Below, piece by piece: positions 30,584 through 40,555 of a stretch of 64,000 nucleotides of DNA; positions within the stretch are counted from its first letter, which is position 1, and each line of letters opens with the position of its first letter. A program made the position numbers and the translations under genes. Location of the stretch: NCBI GenBank assembly GCA_964519345.1, contig CAZFKX010000017.1:9803-73802 (forward strand), written 5' to 3'. This DNA comes from an uncultured Aquificales bacterium. GTDB taxonomy: Bacteria > Aquificota > Aquificia > Aquificales > Hydrogenothermaceae. Under the pieces are notes generated by a model. That model was not told the origin of the DNA and searched no databases. It was given only the letters and a program-made list of their open reading frames with translations.

Positions 30584-30898
30584 TTATTTCTGTTCCTGTA
30601 GAAGTTTTCTGTAAAGAGCATTTCTTTCATTCTCACAGGACTGTATATCTTTAAGAATCATCTCTTTACATTCTTCATCGTCAAAACAGAAACCGTTATT
30701 TTTGTACTCGGTTAATAAATTCCACAATGCAAGACCTTCACAGTATCTCCATTTTTTGTTTAGATCTTTTCCTTTTTCCTCTTTTATACATTTTTCAATC
30801 TGTGCAACATATCTTTCACAGTCTTTTTTTGACATGCCTGCAAAAGATATGCCGGACATAAGTAAGATAGTTGATAGAAAAAAAGTAAACTTTTTCAT
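30584..30898 (-). CDS. Small secreted Cys-rich protein (104 aa), function unknown
   Basis: Signal peptide MKKFTFFLSTILLMSGISFA and six Cys in the mature part. No family recognised. Confidence 0.55.
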   Translation of the reverse strand: MKKFTFFLSTILLMSGISFAGMSKKDCERYVAQIEKCIKEEKGKDLNKKWRYCEGLALWNLLTEYKNNGFCFDDEECKEMILKDIQSCENERNALYRKLLQEQK

Positions 30899-30925
30899 AC
30901 CTTTCTCCTTTTAGAATATTCTAAT

Positions 30926-31432
30926 TTAATTATATACTTTTTTAAAAATATTTCTAACCTTATTAAAAAAAGGGATATATTTTTTGTAATCTATATACGT
31001 CCATATAAACGGTTGGAATGATCCATGGTGGTAAAAAAGCTCAAGTTCTACAAAAATACCATCTCCCATGTAAATCCTGTTTCCTCTGTACTTTGATGTT
31101 GCTACAACAACCTGATCTGTATCTATATAAAAAGGATCTATATTGACCTTCCTTTTTCCATTAATCCTCATAGTATTTTCTATTTCTATACTTAATTTTT
31201 TAATCTTAGTTATCTCAGACTTATCTATAATTGTATCTGTGACTACAAATATCTTTTTTAAGCCCTCTCCCATCTCTTTTTCATAATATTTAGAATATTC
31301 AAGTCTGAAATGATCTGTTTTTTCAATGATTTCACCAAAATGATGATTTATCAGATCAATTGATTGATCTAAAAATTTTTCTTGATTCCACATAAGACCA
31401 AAACCTAAAAAAGCTTTAATGTTTCTTCTCAC
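30926..31432 (-). CDS. DUF4416-like protein
   Basis: The motifs YYEKEMG, VNIDPFYI, VVATSKYRGNRIYMG and WTYIDYK match my memory of the DUF4416 family pattern. It overlaps the moaCB 3' end by 17 nt. Confidence 0.6.
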   Translation of the reverse strand: MRRNIKAFLGFGLMWNQEKFLDQSIDLINHHFGEIIEKTDHFRLEYSKYYEKEMGEGLKKIFVVTDTIIDKSEITKIKKLSIEIENTMRINGKRKVNIDPFYIDTDQVVVATSKYRGNRIYMGDGIFVELELFYHHGSFQPFIWTYIDYKKYIPFFNKVRNIFKKVYN

Positions 31433-32336
31433 CTTTTGCCATTCTTATAGCATGTTTAAGAAGTGGTGCAACCAGTCTTATGTTGTCCTTAACGCCTCCT
31501 GTACTTCCTGGAAGATTAATTACCAACGTTGCATTCCCTAATATTCCACACACACCTCTGGATAATAAAGATTTTGGAGTAAATCTAATCCCAACAATCC
31601 TCATAGCCTCGGAAAATCCTATCATCTCTTTTCTTATAATCTCTTTAGTTGCTTCAGGTGTTACATCTCTTTTACTGAAACCTGTTCCTCCTGTTGTGAA
31701 AATAATATCAACTTTGTCGGCTAAACTTTTAAGTTCTTCTACTATTGTTTCCATATCGTCAGGTAGGATTTTGTAATGAACAACATTACCGCCAAACTCA
31801 TTTTCTATTATGTCTATAGCTGTTTTTCCACTCCTGTCCTCCGCTTCACCTTTTGAACATGTATCGCTCAGTGTTATAACGGCACATTTTAGGCCGGTAA
31901 GATCTTCTTCATAATCAGATTTTCCGCCTCTTTTTTCAATGAGTTTTATCTCACCTATAACCATATTTTTGTCAAAAGCTTTTAACATATCATAAACATT
32001 CAAAAGTGCTGCTGAAACTGCTGTTAAGGCTTCCATCTCAACCCCTGTTCTTCCTATGCATTTAACCTCGGCAGTTACATAAATACCATCTTCTTGAAGA
32101 TCTGTATTAACAACAACGTGATCAATCATAATATTGTGACAGAAAGGAAGTATATCCGCTGTTCTTTTAACACCAAGCATTCCTGCCATCTGTGACGCTG
32201 ACAGTACGTCACCTTTAGGGACTTTATTGTTCTTTATCATATCTATAGATTCTTGACTTAAAAATATCTTACCTTCGGCTTTTGCTGTTCTTATTGTCTC
32301 AAATTTGTTTGAGACATCAACAGGTCTGAATCCCAT
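31416..32336 (-). CDS. moaC: Bifunctional molybdenum cofactor biosynthesis protein: MoaC (cyclic pyranopterin monophosphate synthase) fused to a MoaB/MogA domain
   Basis: The N-terminal half carries MoaC motifs (LPFCHNI, GRTGVEMEALTAVS). The C-terminal half carries MogA/MoaB motifs (ITLSDT, IIFTTGGTG, NLPGS). Confidence 0.85.
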   Translation of the reverse strand: MGFRPVDVSNKFETIRTAKAEGKIFLSQESIDMIKNNKVPKGDVLSASQMAGMLGVKRTADILPFCHNIMIDHVVVNTDLQEDGIYVTAEVKCIGRTGVEMEALTAVSAALLNVYDMLKAFDKNMVIGEIKLIEKRGGKSDYEEDLTGLKCAVITLSDTCSKGEAEDRSGKTAIDIIENEFGGNVVHYKILPDDMETIVEELKSLADKVDIIFTTGGTGFSKRDVTPEATKEIIRKEMIGFSEAMRIVGIRFTPKSLLSRGVCGILGNATLVINLPGSTGGVKDNIRLVAPLLKHAIRMAKGEKKH

Positions 32337-32373
32337 AATATCCTCCTACGTTTTAACATTTGCGACAGAACGA

Positions 32374-32946
32374 TCAAATTATACAGTATATATCCTTTAG
32401 ATTTCTACCTTCTTCAGCCCAGTCAAGTCCATAACCTATAACGAATCTATCGGGGATAACAAATCCTACATAGTCTGCTTCAAAATCAACTTCTCTTCTT
32501 TCTTTTTTATCGAGGAGAACACATGTTTTCAAAGAGGAAGGATTTCTCTGCTTTAATGCTTCAACAAGAGCTTTTAGAGTTCTTCCTGTATCGATAATAT
32601 CATCAACAATAAGAAGATTTTTTCCATCTATATTCTGTGTAAGATCTTTAACGAATATTACCTCACCTGAACTTTCCATAGATGTGTTGTAAGAGGATAC
32701 CTGCATAAAATCAATATAAACTTTTCCTTTAATCTCCCTTACAAGATCAGCCATAAATATGAATGATCCCTTGAGTATTCCTACAACAAGTATCTCTTTT
32801 CCTTTAAAATCTTCTGATATTTTCTTTCCAAGTTCTCTAACTTTATTTTTTATTTCTTCTTCTTTTATTAATATCTCAGCTCTTCTGCCCCTTATTTTCA
32901 TTTTGAGCTCCTTTGGTTTTATATCTTCCATCAAATTATAGATCAA
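32374..32946 (-). CDS. hpt: Hypoxanthine-guanine phosphoribosyltransferase
   Basis: PRPP-binding motif LLIVDDIIDTGRTL and the flexible loop SSY...SSGEV. The start is possibly the Met of MEDIKPKE. Confidence 0.9.
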   Translation of the reverse strand: MIYNLMEDIKPKELKMKIRGRRAEILIKEEEIKNKVRELGKKISEDFKGKEILVVGILKGSFIFMADLVREIKGKVYIDFMQVSSYNTSMESSGEVIFVKDLTQNIDGKNLLIVDDIIDTGRTLKALVEALKQRNPSSLKTCVLLDKKERREVDFEADYVGFVIPDRFVIGYGLDWAEEGRNLKDIYCII

Positions 32947-33379
32947 GTTTCATCAAAACTGCATCTTCTCCATTACTGTAATAACTTTTTCTCATACCAT
33001 ACTCTTTGAAATTTAGTTTTCTGTAAAAGTTCAAAGCTATATCGTTATTCTTTGATACCTCAAGATATACGGAACTTATTTTACAACTCCTTACCTTTTC
33101 TAAAAAATTTGAAACCAGGGCTCTGCCTATCCCCCTTCTTTGAAAACTTTTATCAACAGCTATCATAAGAATATTACTTTCATCATACATAATCTCTCCT
33201 GAAAGAAATCCAACAATCTGTTTTTCTATAACGGCAACAGTTTTATAGGTAAAAGAATTTTCGGACAAAATCATACTATCAGACCATGGATTTTCAAAAT
33301 TGGCATCAATTATCCTTCTGATAGATGGCAGGTCGGATGTTTTAAAATCTCTGATCTTTAGATTTTTTTCAGTTTTCAT
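32936..33379 (-). CDS. rimI: GNAT acetyltransferase, RimI-like (ribosomal-protein-alanine N-acetyltransferase)
   Basis: 147 aa with the acetyl-CoA motif [11 protein letters not shown] and a size and layout typical of RimI. Confidence 0.75.
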   Translation of the reverse strand: MKTEKNLKIRDFKTSDLPSIRRIIDANFENPWSDSMILSENSFTYKTVAVIEKQIVGFLSGEIMYDESNILMIAVDKSFQRRGIGRALVSNFLEKVRSCKISSVYLEVSKNNDIALNFYRKLNFKEYGMRKSYYSNGEDAVLMKLDL

Positions 33380-34658
33380 TCATCTCAGTTTCTTTTCTGA
33401 GTTCTTCAATATCAAGCTTACAGCTTTCTCCTTTTAGATCTTCAAATATATGTCCAAGATGTTCTTTTTTTGCTTTAAGGTAATTTTTATTATAAGGGTT
33501 AGGTTCTATTATTAGAGGTATTCTCTCAACAACTTCCAGACCAAAACCCTCAAGAGCTACAATTTTCCTTGGATTGTTTGTCATAAGCTTCATCTTTCTT
33601 ACGCCTATATCAAGCAGTATCTGTGCTCCTGTCCCAAAATCTCTCAGATCCGCATTAAATCCTAATCTGTGATTTGCCTCAACTGTGTCATATCCTTCTT
33701 CTTGAAGTCTGTAAGCTTTTATCTTGTTTATTATCCCTATTCCTCTCCCCTCATGACCTCTCATATATACAAGTACGCCTTTACCTTCCGACGAAATTGT
33801 TTTAAGGGCTGCATGAAGCTGTGATTGGCAGTCGCATCTCAAAGAACCAAATATATCTCCTGTTAAACATTCCGAGTGAACTCTTACAAGAGTAGGTTTG
33901 TCAGGATCTATGTCCCCCATAATAAGGGCCACATGTTCTGATCCGTCAAGTGTGTTTTTATATCCGTATATTTTGAAAGTTCCATATTTTGTCGGAAGAT
34001 GAGCCTCTGCTTCTCTTAAGACAAACTTTTCTCTTTTTAGTCTGTATTGAACAAGATCAGCGATGGTTATAATCTTAAGATTGTATTTTCTGGCAAACTT
34101 TATAAGATCTGGCAGTCTTGCCATTGTTCCATCTTCTTTCATAATCTCACATATAACTCCTGCTGGATACAGCCCTGCAAGTCTTGCAAGATCAACAGAA
34201 GCCTCTGTATGACCTGTTCTTTCAAGAACACCTCCAGGCCTTGCCATTAGTGGAAATATATGTCCAGGTCTTACAAAATCCTGGGGCACTGCATCCGGAC
34301 TTACAGCTAACTTTATGGTTACAGCCCTATCGTATGCGGATATACCTGTTGTTGTTCCATATTTAGGATGTGCGTCTATAGAGAGACAGAAGGCTGTTCC
34401 ATTAGGATCAGTATTATTCTGGGTCATAAGGGGTATATTTAGTTCTTCAAGTCTCTCCTTTAACATAGATAAACAGATAAGTCCTCTACCCTCTTTTGCC
34501 ATAAAGTTTATAGCATCTGGTGTTACCTTCTCGGCAGCCATAACAAGATCGCCTTCATTTTCCCTATTTGGGTCGTCAACAACTATAACCATCTTACCCT
34601 GTTTTATATCTTCTATAGCTTCTTCTATACTGTTGAATCTAAACTCCATACCGATCAC
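33369..34658 (-). CDS. ribBA: Bifunctional 3,4-dihydroxy-2-butanone-4-phosphate synthase / GTP cyclohydrolase II
   Basis: RibB half ([25 protein letters not shown]) followed by the RibA half ([26 protein letters not shown]). Confidence 0.95.
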   Translation of the reverse strand: MIGMEFRFNSIEEAIEDIKQGKMVIVVDDPNRENEGDLVMAAEKVTPDAINFMAKEGRGLICLSMLKERLEELNIPLMTQNNTDPNGTAFCLSIDAHPKYGTTTGISAYDRAVTIKLAVSPDAVPQDFVRPGHIFPLMARPGGVLERTGHTEASVDLARLAGLYPAGVICEIMKEDGTMARLPDLIKFARKYNLKIITIADLVQYRLKREKFVLREAEAHLPTKYGTFKIYGYKNTLDGSEHVALIMGDIDPDKPTLVRVHSECLTGDIFGSLRCDCQSQLHAALKTISSEGKGVLVYMRGHEGRGIGIINKIKAYRLQEEGYDTVEANHRLGFNADLRDFGTGAQILLDIGVRKMKLMTNNPRKIVALEGFGLEVVERIPLIIEPNPYNKNYLKAKKEHLGHIFEDLKGESCKLDIEELRKETEMNEN

Positions 34659-34885
34659 CTCAGATGTAATAGTTTATCAATCTCTTCTTCTGCTTTTTTT
34701 TCATAGTCTGTTTTCTCTTCATCCTGATTATGTTCTATACTCTTTTTTACTTCTTTTACTTTGTAAGGAATTGTTGATGTTCCGACGACTGTTTGTTGTA
34801 AATAAGATATAACTATAGGGAGAAAATTAACGTAAGCATAAAGGACAAAACCTATAGTAAGAATCAGTATGGCTATTTTTACCAT
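34655..34885 (-). CDS. Small membrane protein (76 aa), function unknown
   Basis: One N-terminal TM helix and an acidic tail. Its stop overlaps the ribBA start, suggesting translational coupling. Confidence 0.5.
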   Translation of the reverse strand: MVKIAILILTIGFVLYAYVNFLPIVISYLQQTVVGTSTIPYKVKEVKKSIEHNQDEEKTDYEKKAEEEIDKLLHLR

Positions 34886-34951
34886 CTTAAACTCCTAAAA
34901 TCCGATCAGTTAATAATTAAAATTATGCTTATACTTAAATGTTTTCAAATA

Positions 34952-34978
34952 TTAAGAAATCTTAACAGAAAATTAATA
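34952..34978 (+). promoter_or_regulatory. Pho-box-like triple direct repeat upstream of the porin-pst genes
   Basis: TTAAGA (34952), TTAACA (34962) and TTAATA (34973) start 10 and 11 bp apart. They lie 63-89 nt upstream of the porin ATG. Confidence 0.35.
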
Positions 34979-35040
34979 TTTTTTTAAATTTTTAAGAATA
35001 AAATCTTATCGGAAAATAAAAATATATCTGGAGGTTAAGG

Positions 35041-36195
35041 ATGAAAAGAATCTTGATCCCGGCGCTACTTATGGGAGCGTTATCAGTAGCATCAGCAGGA
35101 GAAATAGATGATCCTGTTGTTAAAAAGCTTCTTGAGAAAGGTATAATAACAAAACAGGAAGCTTTAGAGCTTGATAAAAAAGAAACGCCTACAGTTTCCA
35201 TATCAAAGAGGCTCAAATTCGGAGGAAAGGCTTATATAGGTTATACATTTAAGGATCTGAAAAACGGTTCAGACTCTGGAAGTTTTGAGGTTAGAAGAGG
35301 ATATTTCGTTACTAAGTATTACTTTAATGAAAAAGACCATTTTAGATTTACTTTTGATATATCATGGCAGTACCACAAAGAAATAGAATCAGAAGGTAAA
35401 GAGATCAGTTTGAAGATCAAACATTTATACTATTATAAAGACATATCCAATATCGTTCCAGGAACAGGTTTTGAACTTGGTATAGCACATACGCCATGGC
35501 TTGATTATGAAGAACATTCTGGCTGGTGGTATAGATCAATATCCAAGACATTTTACGAAGCCTCAGATGGAGCACATCTACTGCCGTCAGCTGATGCTGG
35601 CATAGATTTTAAAACAAAATTTGAATATTTTTCTGCCGAGTACGGGGTGTTTGATGGGGAAGGTTATGATCATATAGGCAGATCAGATAAAGGTAATAAA
35701 CCAAATAAACCTATGATAGAAGGAAGATTTACATGGCATATACTTGGCGGCGGAAAGAAAAAGCCTAAACCTTTGTCTCAGACTTACGCAAATATTTCAT
35801 TACATTCGCTTAACAGCTACAATCATAGGGGATCTAATTACGATTTTTCTGTATTACAGCTTCATGCTGTTTACAATCAGCCTTTATTTCTTTTAGCAGG
35901 ACAGTATATTAAGGCTAACTGGGATGATCCTAATGCGAAGGATAATGATGGAAAAGGATACTCATTTAATTTTGAGGTTAGACCTTTTCTTAAAAACAGA
36001 CTTGTTTTTCTTGGTAGATATGATAGATGGAATGCAAGAGGTGAATCTTACGATAGAAAGATGTATATATACGGTATAGCATATCATCAAAACAGATATA
36101 TTACCTGGATAATAAACGGTATAAAATCTGATTATCAGAATGATAATGGAAAAGACTATACAAAATATATGATTACAGCAGAACTACATTACTAA
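35041..36195 (+). CDS. Outer-membrane porin, probably phosphate-selective (OprO/OprP-like)
   Basis: Signal peptide MKRILIPALLMGALSVASA, alternating beta-strand pattern, and a C-terminal aromatic residue (ELHY). It lies directly upstream of pstS. Confidence 0.6.
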   Translation: MKRILIPALLMGALSVASAGEIDDPVVKKLLEKGIITKQEALELDKKETPTVSISKRLKFGGKAYIGYTFKDLKNGSDSGSFEVRRGYFVTKYYFNEKDHFRFTFDISWQYHKEIESEGKEISLKIKHLYYYKDISNIVPGTGFELGIAHTPWLDYEEHSGWWYRSISKTFYEASDGAHLLPSADAGIDFKTKFEYFSAEYGVFDGEGYDHIGRSDKGNKPNKPMIEGRFTWHILGGGKKKPKPLSQTYANISLHSLNSYNHRGSNYDFSVLQLHAVYNQPLFLLAGQYIKANWDDPNAKDNDGKGYSFNFEVRPFLKNRLVFLGRYDRWNARGESYDRKMYIYGIAYHQNRYITWIINGIKSDYQNDNGKDYTKYMITAELHY

Positions 36196-36207
36196 AAGGC
36201 AGGAGGA

Positions 36208-37221
36208 ATGGTTATGAGAAAATTTTTAACGGCAATGATTGCGTCAGGATTTTTGCTGGTAAAGTCCTTTGCAGGAGATGTTATAAATGGTGCAGGAGCT
36301 ACATTCCCATATCCTGTTTATGCAGCATGGGCTTACCAGTATTATAAAGAAACAGGAATAAGAATAAACTATCAGTCTATAGGATCTGGTGGTGGGGTGA
36401 GACAGATAAAGAATAGAACAGTTGATTTTGGCGCTTCAGATGCACCACTGCCTCCAGAAAAACTGGAAAAGTATAAACTATATCAGTATCCTGCAATTAT
36501 AGGTGGTGTTGTTCTTGTCGTAAATATACCAGGCATAAAAGCAGGGCAGCTGAAACTTGATGGTGATACTGTATGCGGAATATACCTTGGGAATATTAAA
36601 TACTGGGACAGTGAAAAAATAAAAGCTATAAATCCTTCTCTTAAGCTTCCCCATAAGGAGATAAAAGTGATTCATAGATCGGACGGTTCTGGAACAACAG
36701 CAATATTTACAAATTACCTTTCACAGGTATGTGAAGACTGGAAAAATAAGGTAGGTGCAGGAAAGGCTGTTAAATGGCCTGTGGGTATTGGTGGCAAGGG
36801 AAATGAAGGTGTTGCGAATTATGTTAAAAGATTGAAATACTCTATTGGTTATGTTGAGTTTGCATATGCAAAGCAAAATAGATTGAGACATACGTTACTT
36901 AAAAATTCTGCTGGAAACTTTGTCGAGCCAAACTTTGATACATTTTCAGCCGCCGGTGCAACAGCAGATTTTAATCCTGATAAACATTTCTACTTATGGA
37001 TGGTTAATGCTCCTGGTAAAAATGCATGGCCGATAGCTGGCGCTTCGTTTATACTTCTTGCAAGGGAAAAGGTAGAAAATAATAAAAAAGTCAACAGATT
37101 TTTTGACTGGGCGTTTAAAAAAGGTGATGAGACAGCCAAAAGGCTTGTATATGTCCCTTTACCTGAGGAACTTAAATCAAAAATAAGAAATTACTGGAAA
37201 AAACATGGAATATCTCCATAG
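36208..37221 (+). CDS. pstS: Phosphate ABC transporter substrate-binding protein
   Basis: Signal peptide, then GAGATFPYPVY, SIGSGGG and GASDAP, the hallmark PstS motifs. Confidence 0.9.
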   Translation: MVMRKFLTAMIASGFLLVKSFAGDVINGAGATFPYPVYAAWAYQYYKETGIRINYQSIGSGGGVRQIKNRTVDFGASDAPLPPEKLEKYKLYQYPAIIGGVVLVVNIPGIKAGQLKLDGDTVCGIYLGNIKYWDSEKIKAINPSLKLPHKEIKVIHRSDGSGTTAIFTNYLSQVCEDWKNKVGAGKAVKWPVGIGGKGNEGVANYVKRLKYSIGYVEFAYAKQNRLRHTLLKNSAGNFVEPNFDTFSAAGATADFNPDKHFYLWMVNAPGKNAWPIAGASFILLAREKVENNKKVNRFFDWAFKKGDETAKRLVYVPLPEELKSKIRNYWKKHGISP

Positions 37222-37246
37222 TCCTGTTGTTGCTGGATCTTCCGAT

Positions 37247-37269
37247 GGGCTTTTTGCCCTTTTTTTTTG
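37247..37269 (+). terminator. Short hairpin plus a 10-T run between pstS and pstC (attenuator or partial terminator)
   Basis: GGGC-ttttt-GCCC followed by TTTTTTTTTT, read directly. Confidence 0.5.
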
Positions 37270-37309
37270 ATATAATTGATTAAATACTATCTGAGGGATT
37301 AAAAAAAGT

Positions 37310-38251
37310 ATGAAAAAGTTCCTAAGGCTTCCTGCTGCAGATTTAATTTTTGCTGTTATATCATTCTCAGCTTCATTTACAATATTAACCTTAATATTTT
37401 CGACAATTTTAGTGCTTTACAACGAATCATCACTTGCCATTCATAAGTTTGGGCTTTTGAATTTTATATTTACGGTTGACTGGGATCCTGTAAAAGAGGT
37501 TTTTGGAGCAGCTGCAAGTTTGTACGGAACCCTTATAACAACAGTACTGGCTCTTTCCATAGCTGTTCCTGTATCTATAGGTATAGCTATATTCCTGACA
37601 GAGATATCTCCACATTTTTTAAAAACACCTATAGGTATAGCTATAGAAATGCTTGCAGCAATACCCAGCATCATATACGGTATGTGGGGACTTTTTACGC
37701 TTGCACCTATAATGGCTGAATATATTGAACCAGCCCTACAGTCTGTATTTGGAGATATACCTGTAGTAGGAAAGCTTTTTGAAGGAACACCTATGGGTGT
37801 TGATCTGCTTACGGCAAGTATAATATTAAGCATAATGATAACACCTTTTATAGCAAGTATATCAAGAGACTCGTTTAACCTTACACCTGATATTGTAAAA
37901 GAATCTGCTTATGCTCTTGGAGCGACAAAATGGGAAGTTATAAAAGATATTGTTATTCCTTACTCAAAGCTTGGTGTGTATGGTGGAATAGTTCTTGCTC
38001 TTGGTAGAGCCTTAGGGGAAACGATGGCTGTTGCTTTTGTTCTCGGGAATAAACATCAGATAACGCCTTCACTGCTTGATGCTGCTGCAACAATAACCGT
38101 TACCCTTGCTAATGAATTTACAGAAGCAGATACTGATATATACCTTTCATCTCTTTTTTACCTCGCTCTTATACTTTTTATACTGAGTTTTACAATACTT
38201 GCTGTAGCTAAATTTTTCCTGCTTAGAGCAGAAAAACATTACCAAAGGTAA
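37310..38251 (+). CDS. pstC: Phosphate ABC transporter permease PstC
   Basis: 313 aa, polytopic, with the EAA-type loop (ESAYALGATKWEVIKDIVIP). Confidence 0.9.
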   Translation: MKKFLRLPAADLIFAVISFSASFTILTLIFSTILVLYNESSLAIHKFGLLNFIFTVDWDPVKEVFGAAASLYGTLITTVLALSIAVPVSIGIAIFLTEISPHFLKTPIGIAIEMLAAIPSIIYGMWGLFTLAPIMAEYIEPALQSVFGDIPVVGKLFEGTPMGVDLLTASIILSIMITPFIASISRDSFNLTPDIVKESAYALGATKWEVIKDIVIPYSKLGVYGGIVLALGRALGETMAVAFVLGNKHQITPSLLDAAATITVTLANEFTEADTDIYLSSLFYLALILFILSFTILAVAKFFLLRAEKHYQR

Positions 38252-38256
38252 AGAAT

Positions 38257-39099
38257 ATGGACCTGAAAACAAAGAGAAAGATAAAAGGAAATATAGCTCT
38301 TTTACTTTCAACATTTGCCGCATTTATGGGTCTTTTCTGGCTTGTGTTTATAATATTTGATGTTCTTAGGCACGGCATTACAGCCTTAAATCTTGAGCTA
38401 TTTCTTGAAGATCCAGCTCCTCCAGGAGTTCCAGGGGGTGGTTTGAGAAATGCATTTGTAGGACAGTTCTTAATAACTTCAGTTGCAACCATTATTGGAG
38501 TTCCTCTCGGTATTCTTGGAGGTACTTTTATAGCAGAGTATGCAAGGGGAACTGTGTTTGCAAAAGTAATAAGCATACTTTCTGATATTATGGTAAGTGT
38601 TCCTTCCATAGTAGTAGGAACGTTTATTTACGCTCTTTTAGTTAAACCTTTTGGACATTTTAGCGGATGGGCAGGTGCTGCGGCTCTTGCTTTTATTATG
38701 GTTCCTGTTGTGCTGAGAACTACTGAAGATATGCTTAAACTTGTTCCATGGACTTTAAGAGAAGCTGCGTTTGCCCTTGGAGCCTCTTATTTTAGGGTTA
38801 TAAAAGATGTTGTCTATAGAGCAGCAGCTACTGGAATTCTTACAGGAGTTATTCTTGCTATAGCAAGAATAGCAGGTGAGACAGCACCTCTTCTTTTTAC
38901 GTCATTTAATAACTCGTATTTTACAACTAATATGAATGAACCTATAGCATCCCTTACTGTAACTATATTCAACTATGCTATGGGTCCTTATGAAGACTGG
39001 CATGAAAAAGCATGGGCGGCTGCCTTTATAATAACCGTTGTTATACTTATAGTCACCGTAACTTCCCGTATGATCATACACTGGAGGTATAAAAGTTAA
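38257..39099 (+). CDS. pstA: Phosphate ABC transporter permease PstA
   Basis: 280 aa, polytopic, with the EAA loop ([19 protein letters not shown]). Confidence 0.9.
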   Translation: MDLKTKRKIKGNIALLLSTFAAFMGLFWLVFIIFDVLRHGITALNLELFLEDPAPPGVPGGGLRNAFVGQFLITSVATIIGVPLGILGGTFIAEYARGTVFAKVISILSDIMVSVPSIVVGTFIYALLVKPFGHFSGWAGAAALAFIMVPVVLRTTEDMLKLVPWTLREAAFALGASYFRVIKDVVYRAAATGILTGVILAIARIAGETAPLLFTSFNNSYFTTNMNEPIASLTVTIFNYAMGPYEDWHEKAWAAAFIITVVILIVTVTSRMIIHWRYKS

Positions 39100-39866
39100 T
39101 GGAGGATAACATCAAGATAAAAGTAAAAAATTTCTCTTTTTATTATGCAAAATCAGATAAGCCTGCACTTAAAAATATTAATATGCCGGTTTATGAGAAG
39201 AAAGTAACAGCTCTGATAGGACCTTCTGGCTGTGGAAAAACAACACTTTTGAGAAGTTTTAACAGAATGCATGATCTATATTATGGAAACAGATATGAAG
39301 GCGAAATTATTATGGACGGAAAGAATATTCTCTCGGATGATATAGATCTTATAGAACTAAGATCAAAAGTTGGGATGGTTTTCCAGAAACCGACGCCCTT
39401 TCCTATGAGTATATTTGACAATGTCGCCTATGGACTTAAACTTAGAGGTATAAAAAATAAATCAGAGCTTGAAGCAAGAGTGGAAAAAGCTCTAAAACAG
39501 GCAGCTTTGTGGGATGAGGTCAAAGATAGACTTAAAGATAGTGCTTCAGGTCTTTCTGGAGGACAGCAACAAAGACTTGTTATAGCAAGAGCATTAGCTG
39601 TTGAACCTGAAGTTTTACTTTTTGACGAGCCTACATCGGCTCTTGATCCTATATCAACAGGAAAGATTGAGGAGCTTGTTGTTGGATTAAAAGAGACTGT
39701 GACTATAATAATTGTCACACATAATATGCAGCAGGCAGCAAGGGTTTCGGATTATACTGCATTTATGTATTTAGGAGAGCTTATAGAATTTGACAAAACA
39801 GATATTATATTCACCTCACCAAAGAAAAAACTGACAGAGGATTATGTAAGTGGAAGATTCGGATAA
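39099..39866 (+). CDS. pstB: Phosphate ABC transporter ATP-binding protein
   Basis: Walker [10 protein letters not shown], signature LSGGQQQRL, Walker [17 protein letters not shown] overlap with pstA. Confidence 0.95.
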   Translation: MEDNIKIKVKNFSFYYAKSDKPALKNINMPVYEKKVTALIGPSGCGKTTLLRSFNRMHDLYYGNRYEGEIIMDGKNILSDDIDLIELRSKVGMVFQKPTPFPMSIFDNVAYGLKLRGIKNKSELEARVEKALKQAALWDEVKDRLKDSASGLSGGQQQRLVIARALAVEPEVLLFDEPTSALDPISTGKIEELVVGLKETVTIIIVTHNMQQAARVSDYTAFMYLGELIEFDKTDIIFTSPKKKLTEDYVSGRFG

Positions 39867-39880
39867 TTGAGGAGGTAATT

Positions 39881-40555
39881 ATGTTAATAAAACCAAGACT
39901 TGAAGAGATAAGGGAGAGACTGATACAGATGGCTGAAATGGCTGACTTGATGATAGAACATGCGGTCAAAGCCATAATAGAACATAATCCCGAGTATTTA
40001 AAGGTTGTTGATGAGCTTGAGCCTAAGGTTGATCAGATGGAAGTTGAGAATGAGACTCTTATAATAACAACCATAGCAAGGTTTCAGCCAGAGGCAAAAT
40101 ATCTTAGAATTCTTGTTATGGATCTTTTTGTAAACAGAGATATAGAAAGAATTGGAGATCATGCGGAAAATATAAAGGAGCAGGCGGAAAGAATTTTAAC
40201 AAAACCTAAGCTTAAAGAGTATGTTGATCTTCCTATAATGACAGAGATTGTTTTGGGAATGGTAAAAGATGCCGTAAAATCACTTGAAAATCTGGATACG
40301 GAGCTTGCAAGAGATGTTATAACGAGGGATGACAGAGTAGATGCCCTTCATGAACAGATCATACGTGAGATATACACATATATGGTGGAAGACCCTAAGA
40401 ATATAAAGGTAGGTATTAGGCTGATCACCGTATCTTCAAATCTTGAGAGAGTTGCAGATATAGCGACTAATCTTGCAGAAGAAGTTATATATATGAAAGA
40501 AGGAAAGATGTTGAGGCATCAGGAATTAGACAAAGATGAAGAACAGTCAGATTGA
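39881..40555 (+). CDS. phoU: Phosphate signalling complex protein PhoU
   Basis: 224 aa with two PhoU repeats (DIERIGDHAENI and NLERVADIATNL). Confidence 0.9.
   Translation: MLIKPRLEEIRERLIQMAEMADLMIEHAVKAIIEHNPEYLKVVDELEPKVDQMEVENETLIITTIARFQPEAKYLRILVMDLFVNRDIERIGDHAENIKEQAERILTKPKLKEYVDLPIMTEIVLGMVKDAVKSLENLDTELARDVITRDDRVDALHEQIIREIYTYMVEDPKNIKVGIRLITVSSNLERVADIATNLAEEVIYMKEGKMLRHQELDKDEEQSD

Noticed and set aside
32337-32373. Moco riboswitch upstream of moaCB
   Set aside because: Only 37 nt separate moaCB from the hpt stop, which is too short. No conserved structure is visible.
34886-35040. FMN riboswitch upstream of the small-ORF-ribBA unit
   Set aside because: The spacer is almost pure A/T, with none of the conserved GC-rich FMN-element helices on the minus strand.
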